A stretch of DNA of 64,000 bases from a virus. The translations under genes were made by a program, and so were the position numbers. The notes beneath the pieces were generated by a model. It searched no databases. It was not told the origin of the DNA and was given only the letters and a program-made list of their open reading frames with translations. Each line of letters starts with the position of its first letter. Position 1 is the stretch's first letter. This document shows, one piece after another, positions 8,786 to 18,156 of this stretch. The DNA lies in the IMG/VR virus record IMGVR_UViG_3300044618_000713, positions 11,555-75,554 of that record; one strand, 5' to 3'.

Positions 8786-10311
8786 CAGGAACCTAGCCAA
8801 GAGGTTGAAACACTTGACTGACCATAAGCCTTGCGCGGCGTCCTGTCAACGCGCTCGCCTCTGGAGGCCACGGGGAACGCGAATGTAACGGCTATCGCGT
8901 CTGCGGCGTCGGGGCTTGCGAGCCCACGGGCTTTCATCTCCTTCTTGCCTTCGAGGAAGATCGTGCCCTTGCTGTCCGGCTTCATCAGCGGCGAGATCAG
9001 GTCCGTCTTCAGCACCCGGTCGGGTGGGATCGACGCGGTCTTCAACCATTCCCGCATGGCTCCCCACATCTCGGCCCGCTTGTTGCCGTACATGACCGGC
9101 TTGCTGCTCTTGGACCCAAAGTTCACCCCCTTGACCTTGTACCGCTGCTCCTTGAGCCGGTCCACGACCCCCGCGCCCAGCCCGCCCTCGTCGATCACCA
9201 CCATCGTCGGCTGGAACTCTTCCATCGCCTCGATGACGCGACCGACTACTTCCATGGTGTCGTCACCGCGGTAGCGCTTGATTGCCACGATGTCTCGGCC
9301 TTGCCGTACCGCGATAACTGTAGCGTCGGCACCGAAGCGTGCCGGGTCCACGCCGAGGACCACTGGAGCCGAGGCGTCCTTATAGCGGGGTCGTCCCATG
9401 GCGTCGTCGACGAGATGGATCGGGATGAACTGGTCATCTCCAGCCGAGGGAAACTCACCGTAGACCTCAACATGCGCCTGAACGCTGTCAGGCCCGTATT
9501 CGAGGATGATCTGCTCATAGACCGCCTTGTCCGTTCCTTCGACCGTGCGGGCGTCCACGGTCTTGTTGCGCCAGAAGTCCCGCTTGGCGTTGAACGCCTC
9601 GTAGAAGTAGCCCGTGTTGCGGCGGGGGTTGGAGAACGCCATCCAGAAGCGGTTGGGCGTGTTCTCGGTGAAGAAGCCCGCTGCCACCTGCCAGATGCTG
9701 TCGGAGATACCGCTGGCTTCGTCGAACACCAGCATTACACCATCGAAGTTGTGCACGCCCGCGTAGGCGTCCGGGTTCTCTTCCGACCACAGTCGCCCCT
9801 CGACGCCCCAGTAGCGCGTGCCCTTCTTCAGGTCGCGCTCGACCAGCTCGGCCAGCCACTTGGCGGGCATGACGCGGGTAGCCGAGACCTCGAACCAGTG
9901 ACTGTTCAACGCGAGCGCCAGCCACTTGGTGATCTCGGCCCAGGTGATCGACCGGAGCTGCGTCTCGGAGTTGGCCGACACGATGGTGCTGGACCCGATC
10001 CGGGTCGTCAGCATCCAGATGATGAGCCACGAGACGAGGGCCGACTTGCCGATGCCGCGGCCGGAAGACACGGCCATGCGGAGCACGTCGAAGTCCACCT
10101 TGCCGCTGTTCTGCCTGATGTGCTCGGCCAGATCGCGCAGCACCTCGCGCTGCCACTTGCGCGGGCCAGAGAAGTGCTCCAGCGGCGTGCCGGGCTGCCC
10201 CCACGGAAACAGCCACATCACGAACTTGAGCGGGTCGTCCTTGAGCGACGGCGCCCACAGGGACGCCATCAGGTTCTGCTCGTCCTCAGCGCTGTAGCGC
10301 GTGGTCTGCAT
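8785..10311 (-). CDS. terL: Terminase large subunit
   Basis: Walker A SGRGIGKS, Walker B VFDEASG, nuclease LGVDPARFGAD and SPDAADA. Confidence 0.93.
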   Translation of the reverse strand: MQTTRYSAEDEQNLMASLWAPSLKDDPLKFVMWLFPWGQPGTPLEHFSGPRKWQREVLRDLAEHIRQNSGKVDFDVLRMAVSSGRGIGKSALVSWLIIWMLTTRIGSSTIVSANSETQLRSITWAEITKWLALALNSHWFEVSATRVMPAKWLAELVERDLKKGTRYWGVEGRLWSEENPDAYAGVHNFDGVMLVFDEASGISDSIWQVAAGFFTENTPNRFWMAFSNPRRNTGYFYEAFNAKRDFWRNKTVDARTVEGTDKAVYEQIILEYGPDSVQAHVEVYGEFPSAGDDQFIPIHLVDDAMGRPRYKDASAPVVLGVDPARFGADATVIAVRQGRDIVAIKRYRGDDTMEVVGRVIEAMEEFQPTMVVIDEGGLGAGVVDRLKEQRYKVKGVNFGSKSSKPVMYGNKRAEMWGAMREWLKTASIPPDRVLKTDLISPLMKPDSKGTIFLEGKKEMKARGLASPDAADAIAVTFAFPVASRGERVDRTPRKAYGQSSVSTSWLGS

Positions 10312-10715
10312 TATTTGCGGCGGCTCATAAAGCCTGTAAACGCCGACATTGCATTGCGCGTGTTTGCGTTGCCGCCAGAAAAAACGCCGGACAACAGGTC
10401 AGCAAACGCATTTCCTTGCTGCGATGGCGCAGGTTCCTCGGGCGGCGACATGAACTGGTAGAACATCTTGCCCCGGCTGCCCAGCATGGACGGGCCCACT
10501 ATGCGCAGCAGTTGTTCTATAGACTGCGCGCGGTCACCAAGGTCTTCGCGAAATTCTGGTCTCAAGGTCCAGCCGGAATAGTCAGAGAACATTGGCCGCG
10601 CGCGGCGTTGGTTTTGGCCAAAATCAAACCTTTGGCCTGCCGTGCCGGGGGTGCGCCCAAACAATCCTGTAACAAGTTGTTTTTGCGCCGAAATGTCAGG
10701 TGATTTCGGAAACAT
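10311..10715 (-). CDS. Hypothetical protein between terS and terL
   Basis: 134 aa ORF coupled at both ends. Confidence 0.5.
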   Translation of the reverse strand: MFPKSPDISAQKQLVTGLFGRTPGTAGQRFDFGQNQRRARPMFSDYSGWTLRPEFREDLGDRAQSIEQLLRIVGPSMLGSRGKMFYQFMSPPEEPAPSQQGNAFADLLSGVFSGGNANTRNAMSAFTGFMSRRK

Positions 10716-11118
10716 GCGTTACCTCCGTTGCAACAAGGTCAATTACGCGCCGCTGCGCCTCTTCCAACGCCGCCGTGATGCTGATCTTCTGCTCGATGCT
10801 GACCTCGACCGCCTGCTTGGCCACCCACCCATGGGCGTAGCGCAACATCTCGGTCGCCGCCTTGGCGTCGCCCGCCTCGGCAGCGGCGTACAGGGTGGTG
10901 GCCATGGCGCGCTCGCCCTCGGCGCGGCCCTTCTGTTCGGCGTACTCTGCGATGGGGTCCATCTGGCAGAGCTTGCGATACTCGACCGGCGTCATGCCAG
11001 CGGCGAGTGCCAGGCTGTCGCCCTTGAGCCCCAGCTTGGCAGCCGCGTAGATCGCCTCCAGACGCGCCTCGGTGGCGGTCAGTGGACGCGGGTCGTAGGG
11101 CAGTGAGTGGAAGGTCAT
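10696..11118 (-). CDS. terS: Terminase small subunit
   Basis: HTH-like N-terminus, AEAGDAKAA...HGW motif, first gene of the packaging operon. Confidence 0.75.
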   Translation of the reverse strand: MTFHSLPYDPRPLTATEARLEAIYAAAKLGLKGDSLALAAGMTPVEYRKLCQMDPIAEYAEQKGRAEGERAMATTLYAAAEAGDAKAATEMLRYAHGWVAKQAVEVSIEQKISITAALEEAQRRVIDLVATEVTHVSEIT

Positions 11119-11153
11119 GACGTCAAGATAGCGCGGGTTGGCTGTTTGAGCAA
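11119..11153 (-). promoter_or_regulatory. Sigma70-type promoter, probably leaderless terS mRNA
   Basis: TTGCTC-17-TATCTT-6 nt-ATG; no SD sequence. Confidence 0.55.
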
Positions 11154-11385
11154 GCGTCAAGTATTTTGTTGTGAGCGTGGAGAAAAAATAAAAAAATTCG
11201 TGCAGCCCTTGGCCACGGCAACAGCAGCCGCGCTTGGCCCTGCCCCCCCCTCCCCTCTGAGCACTCGCAGCAAAATGCTGCACTGCACCAATCTGCTAGC
11301 ATGGTAGCAGGCTAGCCTAGCTAGCATGCTAACATGTTAGTTGCTGGCGTGCGCGCCTGGCGGCTATGTGCTGTGGACCTTTCTG

Positions 11386-11670
11386 TCACCAGAAACGTTT
11401 CGTCCTCAGATTGGCGCGCCAGCTTCCCGGCATGAACTGTCCACGCTGCCCGACGCGGAAGCGTCGGCCGCCAGCTTCGCAGTAGACAATGCTAAGAGGC
11501 GTGCGCACGCCTATCTTTAACAGGCATGGAAGCAATGGCTCAATCGCCAGCGCCAGCGTTTGCTTGTGACTTGACGTAATGATTTCGTCGCTTGCTAGCG
11601 TGGATAGTGTGTCATCCAGCGTCGCAGTATTGTCGGCGTAAGTGTCGGCGTAGACATAAAGCTGTGCCAT
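11386..11670 (-). CDS. Hypothetical protein
   Basis: AAAGGA RBS before ATG; 94 aa. Confidence 0.55.
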   Translation of the reverse strand: MAQLYVYADTYADNTATLDDTLSTLASDEIITSSHKQTLALAIEPLLPCLLKIGVRTPLSIVYCEAGGRRFRVGQRGQFMPGSWRANLRTKRFW

Positions 11671-11759
11671 GCGGCTAGTCCTTTCTAGCGTTTTGTTTGC
11701 TCTAACAATCTAGCAGACTAACAGCGGGATTGCAAGCGCCGGGGCAGCGGAGAGGTGAC

Positions 11760-11985
11760 GTAGCGTCACTGTGGGGTAGTGTGGGGTAATGTAGAACGTT
11801 AATTTTACTCGAAGTCGCCCTTCCAGTAACAGCACACTATTATATTAGCATTTACTAATATACACTTAACAGTCCTTTAACTAGAGAGATAACCCATATT
11901 ACCCAAGAGCCGATGGCGTATAGCTTTTAGCCCCGCTCTGCATTGCCCCACGTCGTACCCCACGCGTACCCCAGCCATTGCCCAA
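11760..11985. other. Candidate replication origin of phage A
   Basis: GTGGGGTA x2 on the left and inverted T(A/G)CCCC copies on the right around an AT-rich core; non-coding. Confidence 0.4.
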
Positions 11986-12015
11986 AAGAAAACGGCGGCC
12001 GTTTGGCCGCCGTTT
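11984..12015 (-). terminator. Rho-independent terminator
   Basis: AAACGGCGGCC-GTTT-GGCCGCCGTTT hairpin with a U-rich tail on the minus strand. Confidence 0.6.
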
Positions 12016-12057
12016 GCTTACTACACGCCAGCGTGTAGCACGTCCTGCTACGCCGCG

Positions 12058-12198
12058 TCAATAGACACGCCTCAGCTTTTTGAACTCCACGGCGTAGCCA
12101 TTGTTGACGTACAGTGGAACAATCTGAAAGCGATGCTGGTTGGCACCAATCCAGTTAGCCATTGCGTGCGAGGTCTTGAAGCGCTTTGTGGTCCACAT
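12058..12198 (-). CDS. Small early protein
   Basis: MWTTKRFKT..., AAGGA RBS, downstream of the leftward promoter. Confidence 0.55.
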   Translation of the reverse strand: MWTTKRFKTSHAMANWIGANQHRFQIVPLYVNNGYAVEFKKLRRVY

Positions 12199-12233
12199 GG
12201 TCCGTTTCCTTGTGTTGTGTTGACAATACGTGG

Positions 12234-12305
12234 ACACTAGCACGAAAGAAAAAGTGGTGTCAACAAATATTTGTTGTTGACATTATGTGAGCAGTTCGCT
12301 ATTCT
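12234..12305. promoter_or_regulatory. Back-to-back sigma70 promoters (early region)
   Basis: +: TTGACA(12277)-17-TATTCT(12300); -: TTGACA(12263)-18-TAGTGT. Confidence 0.7.
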
Positions 12306-12331
12306 GCGTCTATCAACCACGGAGAACGGAA

Positions 12332-12475
12332 ATGGAAACGACAATCACAACGCGGGCCGGAAACAAAATCACAGGAATCTTCACTACCTACACAGACGAC
12401 ACGGACACGGTTAAGATCACAAAGGGAAAATGGAAAGGCAAGCACATACTGATCAAGAAAACGGACCGCGCCTAG
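12332..12475 (+). CDS. Small early protein
   Basis: GGAG RBS; METTITTRAGNK; TAG stop begins hairpin 1. Confidence 0.55.
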   Translation: METTITTRAGNKITGIFTTYTDDTDTVKITKGKWKGKHILIKKTDRA

Positions 12476-12526
12476 GGCGCGGTCTAGCAGGCGGCCGCCA
12501 TGCGCGGCCGCTCACTAGACCGCACC
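12472..12526 (+). repeat. Intergenic hairpin element 1
   Basis: GCGGTCTAG-CA-GGCGGCCGC-loop-GCGGCCGCT-CA-CTAGACCGC. Confidence 0.75.
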
Positions 12527-12551
12527 ACAAACACGGAAGGGAAACACCACG

Positions 12552-12794
12552 ATGACACACGAAGAGTATCCTGGCGAAAACGCGCTTTTTGACGCGGAAT
12601 ATGCCGACTATCAGCGCCGTGCGCGCAACATTGACGACTGGGCGCGCGCCCAGTACGCGGCCGGAAAGATGTCCGAAGCTCAGATCGAGCGCGCCGTCGA
12701 GCGCATGTTTGACGCGCTTGACGACGCGTATATGCCGTCGCGTCATGCCGGGTTTACCGGCGCGCAATCGCTTTCTGATTTTATGGGAGAATAA
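12552..12794 (+). CDS. Hypothetical early protein
   Basis: GGAAGGGA RBS; 80 aa. Confidence 0.6.
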   Translation: MTHEEYPGENALFDAEYADYQRRARNIDDWARAQYAAGKMSEAQIERAVERMFDALDDAYMPSRHAGFTGAQSLSDFMGE

Positions 12795-12796
12795 CA

Positions 12797-12961
12797 ATGG
12801 AAAGCTACTGGTACGCATACGGGTACACGTCGCGCGTCAAAGCCGAAATTGCCCTAGAGATTGCCTACAATCGCGGCGACGTCCTGCCCGGCGAGAACCC
12901 CCGCGTTGAACCGTACCGCACACGCGACGGCGCCAAAGCCTATGGTATCCGCGTTAACTAG
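12797..12961 (+). CDS. Hypothetical early protein (54 aa)
   Basis: My translation MESYWYAYGYTSRVKAEIALEIAYNRGDVLPGENPRVEPYRTRDGAKAYGIRVN; GGAG RBS. Confidence 0.6.
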   Translation: MESYWYAYGYTSRVKAEIALEIAYNRGDVLPGENPRVEPYRTRDGAKAYGIRVN

Positions 12962-13020
12962 GCTCTAGCAGACGGGCGGCAAGCCGCCCGTTCACTAGAT
13001 CCTAGTCTAAACTCAACCAA
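12958..13020 (+). repeat. Intergenic hairpin element 2 plus conserved leader
   Basis: CTAGG-C-TCTAG-CA-GACGGGCGGC-AA-GCCGCCCGTT-CA-CTAGA-T-CCTAG, then TCTAAACTCAACCAA. Confidence 0.78.
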
Positions 13021-13037
13021 GGAAGGGAAACGACACT

Positions 13038-13280
13038 ATGAAAAACAGCGAAATGAAGGCCAATCGCTTTCTGACATGGCACAAGGCGCGCCGCCGCGTC
13101 GCCTACATCCAGTCCAATCTTAATCTCGGCCGCACTGTGTACCTTTGCACCATGACCAAGGCCACCAAGCTCACCTCGAAGCACATTGGCATGGTGAAGG
13201 CGGCAAAGAACGGCGCGTTCGTCCAGAGCGGAAAGAGCTGGGTTTGCATTGATGGCTGCAGCATCAAGGTTGCCGCCTAG
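13038..13280 (+). CDS. Hypothetical early protein
   Basis: GGAAGGGA RBS; 80 aa. Confidence 0.65.
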   Translation: MKNSEMKANRFLTWHKARRRVAYIQSNLNLGRTVYLCTMTKATKLTSKHIGMVKAAKNGAFVQSGKSWVCIDGCSIKVAA

Positions 13281-13340
13281 GCACTGGCATGACGGCGCCG
13301 CGGGCGCCGTCTCACTAGTCCCTAGTCTAAACTCAACCAA
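13277..13340 (+). repeat. Intergenic hairpin element 3 plus conserved leader
   Basis: CTAGG-C-ACTGG-CAT-GACGGCGCC-GCG-GGCGCCGTC-TCA-CTAGT-C-CCTAG, then TCTAAACTCAACCAA. Confidence 0.78.
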
Positions 13341-13354
13341 AAGAGGATACTACA

Positions 13355-13966
13355 ATGCTAATCGCAACTGACATTCTCAAGGCCGCGCTGTTTTGCGCGT
13401 CATCTGAGGAGAGCCGCTACTATCTCCGCGGCGTGCACCTGTCCACGTCCGGTCACCTGGTGACAACGGACGGTCACAGGATGTTTGTCGCCCGGCTAAA
13501 TGATCGCCCGGCTGCCGACGTCATCGTGCCCTATGCCGACGTCGCCGCGGCGCTCAAGCTCGCAGGCGCGCGCTGCAAAGATATAGAGGTGACGGTTGAC
13601 GTGACCGGAAGCGCGCTCCCGCAAGTGACCGGCAAAATCCACTCGATTGCCTATACGCCCGTTGACGGTACTTTTCCCGATTGGCGCCGCGTCGTGCCGA
13701 CGGGCGAGGAACTGCCGTCCGGCAAGCCGGACGACGCGCCCGGTAACGTCCACTTCAATCACGCCTATGTCGGCGATTTGGCAAAGATGGGGAAACTGCT
13801 AGGCGGCTCGTCTATGTTGCACCCTGTTAGCGCCAGCCATCCCTGCCTCGTGACGTTCGGCGAGCGCGAAGATTGCCTTGCCGTGCTCATGCCAGTGCGC
13901 CGCGGCTCCGGCATACAAGGCGAAGCCGGGTTCGGCTCGCACGTCAAGCGCCGCGTGATCGGCTGA
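13355..13966 (+). CDS. DNA polymerase III beta-clamp-like protein (partial clamp)
   Basis: RYYLRGVHL, TTDGHRM, GTFPDWRRVVP, FNHAY, LMPVR motifs of DnaN domains II-III. Confidence 0.78.
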   Translation: MLIATDILKAALFCASSEESRYYLRGVHLSTSGHLVTTDGHRMFVARLNDRPAADVIVPYADVAAALKLAGARCKDIEVTVDVTGSALPQVTGKIHSIAYTPVDGTFPDWRRVVPTGEELPSGKPDDAPGNVHFNHAYVGDLAKMGKLLGGSSMLHPVSASHPCLVTFGEREDCLAVLMPVRRGSGIQGEAGFGSHVKRRVIG

Positions 13967-13976
13967 CAACTAAAGC

Positions 13977-14006
13977 TTGACGGGCGGCACATGCCGCCCG
14001 TATACT
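13977..14006 (+). promoter_or_regulatory. Sigma70 promoter with a palindrome in the spacer
   Basis: TTGACG-18-TATACT; ACGGGCGGCA-C-ATGCCGCCCGT inverted repeat overlaps the spacer. Confidence 0.55.
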
Positions 14007-14039
14007 TTCCACGCAATGTCAACTAATGGAGACTACACT

Positions 14040-14282
14040 ATGTGCAATGGATGGAAGAACCGCGAAACTTGGCTCGTCAACTTGTGGTTCGGCGACAACT
14101 TCGCAATGGACGCCGACGACGGCGTTGAAATCACGGCCGACTATATCCGCGACATTGTCGAGAACTACGTCGACGAAATCGTCCCCGCGTCGTCGTTCAT
14201 CGCGGACATGATGGACATGAACACTATTGATTACGACGAACTCGCCCGCCACTACGCTCCGGAGATGGCCGATGCTGAGTGA
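14040..14282 (+). CDS. Conserved phage hypothetical (NGW.N.ETW family)
   Basis: MCNGWKNRETWLVNLWF; GGAG RBS. Confidence 0.65.
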   Translation: MCNGWKNRETWLVNLWFGDNFAMDADDGVEITADYIRDIVENYVDEIVPASSFIADMMDMNTIDYDELARHYAPEMADAE

Positions 14283-14380
14283 TAGCCTGTACCTTGCCGC
14301 GCAACTCGCCAAGGTCGCCCTGCTATGCGGGGCGGCCTACACCTTCACCTACTTCATGCTTGCGATATAGGAGGGAAACA

Positions 14381-14692
14381 ATGTCTTATCTCTATGTGCC
14401 CGTGACCATTGGGGTCTATCGCGGCGACGTCCACTTGACCGATTTCGATTGCGAAGCCCGCGTTGACTATGAGCTGCCGGATGGCCCGTCTGGCGTGCTC
14501 GACTGGGACGTCACCGCGTTCCATTTCGCAGGCAAGCACAACGGCAAGCCGGTCTATACCGAAATCGGACGCACAGATCCGCTCTGGAAGGATCTGTACG
14601 CCCACATGGACCGCGAGTGGATCCACGATCAAGCCCGCGAGGCCCTTGCGGCCGACGGTATATGCAACATCTATCTGGACCCGGACCTATGA
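14381..14692 (+). CDS. Hypothetical protein
   Basis: AGGAGG RBS; MSYLYVPVTIG. Confidence 0.6.
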   Translation: MSYLYVPVTIGVYRGDVHLTDFDCEARVDYELPDGPSGVLDWDVTAFHFAGKHNGKPVYTEIGRTDPLWKDLYAHMDREWIHDQAREALAADGICNIYLDPDL

Positions 14693-15336
14693 CGCGGCCA
14701 CTATACGACGCCCGCGGCCTAGCGCCGGACCCGGAGCGGCTCGCGGAGGCGCACCATGTGCGCCGCGACCCGGACACTGACGAAGTATCGTGGCCACCGT
14801 CGCGCATGGCGGCGGTACTGCGTGAACTCAAACTTATAGATGAAAAGGAACTCGACCGTGACACATGACTTCACCTACTTGAACCAACTCAGCGGTGTCG
14901 ATCTGCTCGACCGCGCGCACCGCGGCGCTTGGATCGGCCCGGAGGCGCACATGATCCGCGCGCTTGCCGAACGGCTGGAGGAACACCTCGACGCTGTCGC
15001 TGATTACGACGCCATCAATGCCGCCCTCATGGACGCAAACCAGCGCGCAGAGGCTCTGGAAGATGAGCTTAACAATTGGAAATCCATCGCTGAAGCGCTG
15101 AACGGCCGCGTGAAGGAATTGACCTATTGACCCCGGACTTCGCCTATTGGGCAGGCCATTGCAGCGCGTTTGACGACGCGACCCTGCTACGCTTCCTTGC
15201 CGCCGTGGAGGCCCGCCGCAACCGCTACGACGCGGCCCTTGCGGCCGCGCAAGCGGAGGCCATGCGCCGCAACCTCATAAAAGAAAAGGCCCCCGTCACC
15301 GGGGGCCAGTCAACAACGGGGAGGAAACAGCCTTGA
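14689..15336 (+). CDS. Three coupled small hypothetical genes (14689-14868, ~14858-15130, 15127-15336)
   Basis: Overlapping start/stop codons; the middle one is coiled-coil. Confidence 0.5.
15279..15307 (-). terminator. Rho-independent terminator on the minus strand
   Basis: GGCCCCCG-GTGA-CGGGGGCC-TTTTCTTTT, inside a plus-strand ORF. Confidence 0.55.
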
Positions 15337-15797
15337 CGTACCACGACGTGCCACTGGACGCAATAGAGATAGAGCGGCGCCTACGGGCGTACCTTGACGA
15401 CCTGGTGCAGCTCGCGGGCGGCCCCGTGACGGTCTGGCGCGCAGCCCGCATGGCTATGGAGCACCTGCGGCGAGCGGCCGACGCGCCCAATAGCGAGCCC
15501 GTGACGCTGCCGACGACGCACCCCGAGCGGATCGTGTGGGCGGTGGCGACCGCGCATGGGCTCACAGCCGACATCCTGCGCGGCCCGTCGCGGACGCGCG
15601 ACGTCAGCGCGGCGCGGCATCATGCGGTCTGGGAACTGCGCCTGCGGCGACCCGACCTGCCGCTGGACAAGATCGCGGCTTGGCTGAACCGCCGTGATCA
15701 TGCGACGATGATCCACAGCTTGAAGACGTTCCGCAAACTGCGCGCGAACGGCCAATACGACGAAGAGCGCGCCCTTGTGGAGCGCGCCTTGTCATGA
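15333..15797 (+). CDS. DnaA C-terminal (domain IV) HTH protein
   Basis: ILRGPSRTRDVSAARH...IAAWLNRRDHATMIHS matches the Bac_DnaA_C pattern. Confidence 0.78.
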   Translation: MTYHDVPLDAIEIERRLRAYLDDLVQLAGGPVTVWRAARMAMEHLRRAADAPNSEPVTLPTTHPERIVWAVATAHGLTADILRGPSRTRDVSAARHHAVWELRLRRPDLPLDKIAAWLNRRDHATMIHSLKTFRKLRANGQYDEERALVERALS

Positions 15798-15849
15798 TCA
15801 TGCTGCTGGCCTTGGTGCTGGCGGCCCTTGTGGCCGCCTGGCTCGACCT

Positions 15850-18156
15850 CTAGGACTTCACCACTGTAAGCCCCGGACCTGCGGCGTGCTCGACCATGCG
15901 CCGCAGGTCGCTCTTTGAGTAGGTGCGCACCATGTCCTCGCGCGCCCATATGTTCTTCTTGGTCTGGAACTCGGCCGATTTGACGGCGCCGAGGTCGATC
16001 CAGCCCGCTTCCTTGAGGCCATGCAGCAGCGCCGCCTGGGGCACCTTGACGCCGCCGGGCGCGCCCTGCTGCAATGTGCTGCAAAGCTTGTGGAACGGCG
16101 AGGCGATGACGCCCGCGGCAAACTCGGCCGACGGCTTGTGCACCTGCTCGATGACGTAGCTTTCCGCCATGCTGCGGCCCGTCTCGATAAGACGCGTCCG
16201 GTAGTCCGTCCACGGCGGCATGGCTGCCGGGTTAAACGCCGACACATCGCGGTCGAGCAGCCACCGGCCCACGGCCTGGAGCCCGCCTTGCTTCTTGTAC
16301 CACGCCCACAGCGCGACCGCGTCGGCCTTCTCCATGCGCGGCGCGTGCGACCACAGGCAGAACCAGCGCCTGTCTTGCGTTGGCAGCGACAGCGGCACGG
16401 GATCGTTGGTGAACGCCAGCACAAACAGGCGGTTGACCATGTCGTAGGGGTGCAGGCCCTTGCGCTCGATGGTCAGCGTGTCGGGCGGCGCCGCGATGAT
16501 CGGCTTGAGCTTGTTGGACAGCGAGCGGCGCTGCGCGGCTTCCGGTTCCTTGAGCTCGTTAAGGATCAGGATCTCGCTCTCCAGCGCGTAGCCCCAGCGC
16601 GAATTGATCCCGTCAGCGTCCACCAGCCCGCGGTTGCGCAGGTCCGGCCCGCACACGGACCAGATGAAGGGGAACCAGAACGTGTCCTTGCCGCAGCCCT
16701 CGTCGCCGCCATGCAGCACGGCGTGATTGATCTTGATCTCCGGGTGCTGGAGCTTGTAGGCCATGACATCAAGGACGTGCTCGCGCTCGACCAGATCGGG
16801 GATCAGCAGCTCGGCATGGGCCAGCCATGGCGCGACGTCGCCCGGCGTGACGCCGGACAGGTCCGGCCGCGCGTTGACCCAGCGGTTGCCGTAGATCTCC
16901 CCGTCGCGCGCCACGAGGACGCTATCGCCCGCAGCGTAGGTCAGCCCGCGCAACACCCGCGCGCCCGCGCCCTGGCGGTTCTCGTCGTAACAGACGGACG
17001 CCTCGACCTTGCGTTGCGTGTGGATGGACTTGCAATCGACGTGTCTAAACACGGCGTTGAACGCGCCGCGCGTCATCTCCCGCCGGTCGATCATGTCGAA
17101 ATAGGCGTCATCCTCGACGATGTACGCGAAGCGGCTGAACCACTCGCGCTTGGTCAAGCGGCCCAGCTCCTTGCGGTCAACCTCGGCGATGACCTCGGCA
17201 GCCGCGTCAGGGAACGCCTCGGTCGGCTGGATCGTCGCGGCCACCATGGCCATGCGCTCGGCCACCAGCTCCTCGCGGAAGCCCGCCTGCACCGTCGGCC
17301 CGCCCTGCTCGGCCACCCATGCAAGGAAGGCGTTGCTGTCGAGGTGCTCGCAGTGGGAGTGGTAGCAGCAGAACGCCCGGTTGACGGGCGAGTAACGCCC
17401 CTCGATCTGGCCGTCCGTGTGCGCGGCATGGTTCGGGCAGACGACGCCGCACCAGCCCTCGCGGTTAACCTGGGAGAGCACCAGCCCCTGCTCGGAGAGC
17501 CACTTGAGCACGCTGTCGGAGCCCGTGTCGCGCAGGCGGATGACCTGCGGCCCGGCGCTGTCGGCGGGCGCTGGCGTGACGTCCAGACCCTCGCAGATGG
17601 CGGCAAGCGTGTATTCGCGCTCAGGGTGGAACTCGACCAACCGCGCCGGGAACAGGTCACGCCCCGGCTTGAGGTTGGGCGAGCCCGGCAAGCGGCAGTT
17701 GCGCACTGCGTTGGTGGCGCCGGGGTCCGTGTAGCCTGCGGCTGCGATGGCCGTGATGGCCGCGACGAACTCGCCCTTGGTCGGCTGCTCCTTGAAAGCG
17801 TAGCCCCACTGGCAGTTGCCGGGCGACGTCTCGACGATCCACGTCGGCGGCACGGGCGGCACCTTGGACTTGGTGCCGATGTCGTCCAGCATCATGAACA
17901 GGACGAACTCGCAGTTGGCCGCCGAGGCCGACGGCTTGCCGTCGAAGCGGTCGATAATGAACGAGCCCGTGTTGATGAACCAGCTCTCGCCGTCCCTGCG
18001 CGCACGCGACGGCAGGAAGGCGGGCCACGTGAACTTGAGGGTGCCGTCGCGGTGCGTGACCTGCTGCCCGTCGTACATGACGGGCTTCTGGCGCACGATC
18101 AGGGCTGTTTCGCCGTCCGGCGCAAGGCCGGTTAGATATTCTAGAAGGTCTGACAT
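15850..18156 (-). CDS. Primase-helicase (RepB/AEP-like primase plus DUF5906-like NTPase)
   Basis: MLDDIG, ETSPGN.QWGY, CPNH..H and C.HSHC Zn motifs, Walker A GDEGCGKD. Confidence 0.85.
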   Translation of the reverse strand: MSDLLEYLTGLAPDGETALIVRQKPVMYDGQQVTHRDGTLKFTWPAFLPSRARRDGESWFINTGSFIIDRFDGKPSASAANCEFVLFMMLDDIGTKSKVPPVPPTWIVETSPGNCQWGYAFKEQPTKGEFVAAITAIAAAGYTDPGATNAVRNCRLPGSPNLKPGRDLFPARLVEFHPEREYTLAAICEGLDVTPAPADSAGPQVIRLRDTGSDSVLKWLSEQGLVLSQVNREGWCGVVCPNHAAHTDGQIEGRYSPVNRAFCCYHSHCEHLDSNAFLAWVAEQGGPTVQAGFREELVAERMAMVAATIQPTEAFPDAAAEVIAEVDRKELGRLTKREWFSRFAYIVEDDAYFDMIDRREMTRGAFNAVFRHVDCKSIHTQRKVEASVCYDENRQGAGARVLRGLTYAAGDSVLVARDGEIYGNRWVNARPDLSGVTPGDVAPWLAHAELLIPDLVEREHVLDVMAYKLQHPEIKINHAVLHGGDEGCGKDTFWFPFIWSVCGPDLRNRGLVDADGINSRWGYALESEILILNELKEPEAAQRRSLSNKLKPIIAAPPDTLTIERKGLHPYDMVNRLFVLAFTNDPVPLSLPTQDRRWFCLWSHAPRMEKADAVALWAWYKKQGGLQAVGRWLLDRDVSAFNPAAMPPWTDYRTRLIETGRSMAESYVIEQVHKPSAEFAAGVIASPFHKLCSTLQQGAPGGVKVPQAALLHGLKEAGWIDLGAVKSAEFQTKKNIWAREDMVRTYSKSDLRRMVEHAAGPGLTVVKS

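Noticed and set aside
12472-13340. Hairpin repeats as a CRISPR array or Rho-independent terminators
   Set aside because: Spacing is gene-sized, the sequences covary rather than repeat, and there is no U-tract
16021-18135. Long antisense ORFs (also 5645-6838, 9301-10461, 21548-22609, 42042-43025)
   Set aside because: They mirror high-GC3 genes on the opposite strand and have no motifs or RBS; shadow frames
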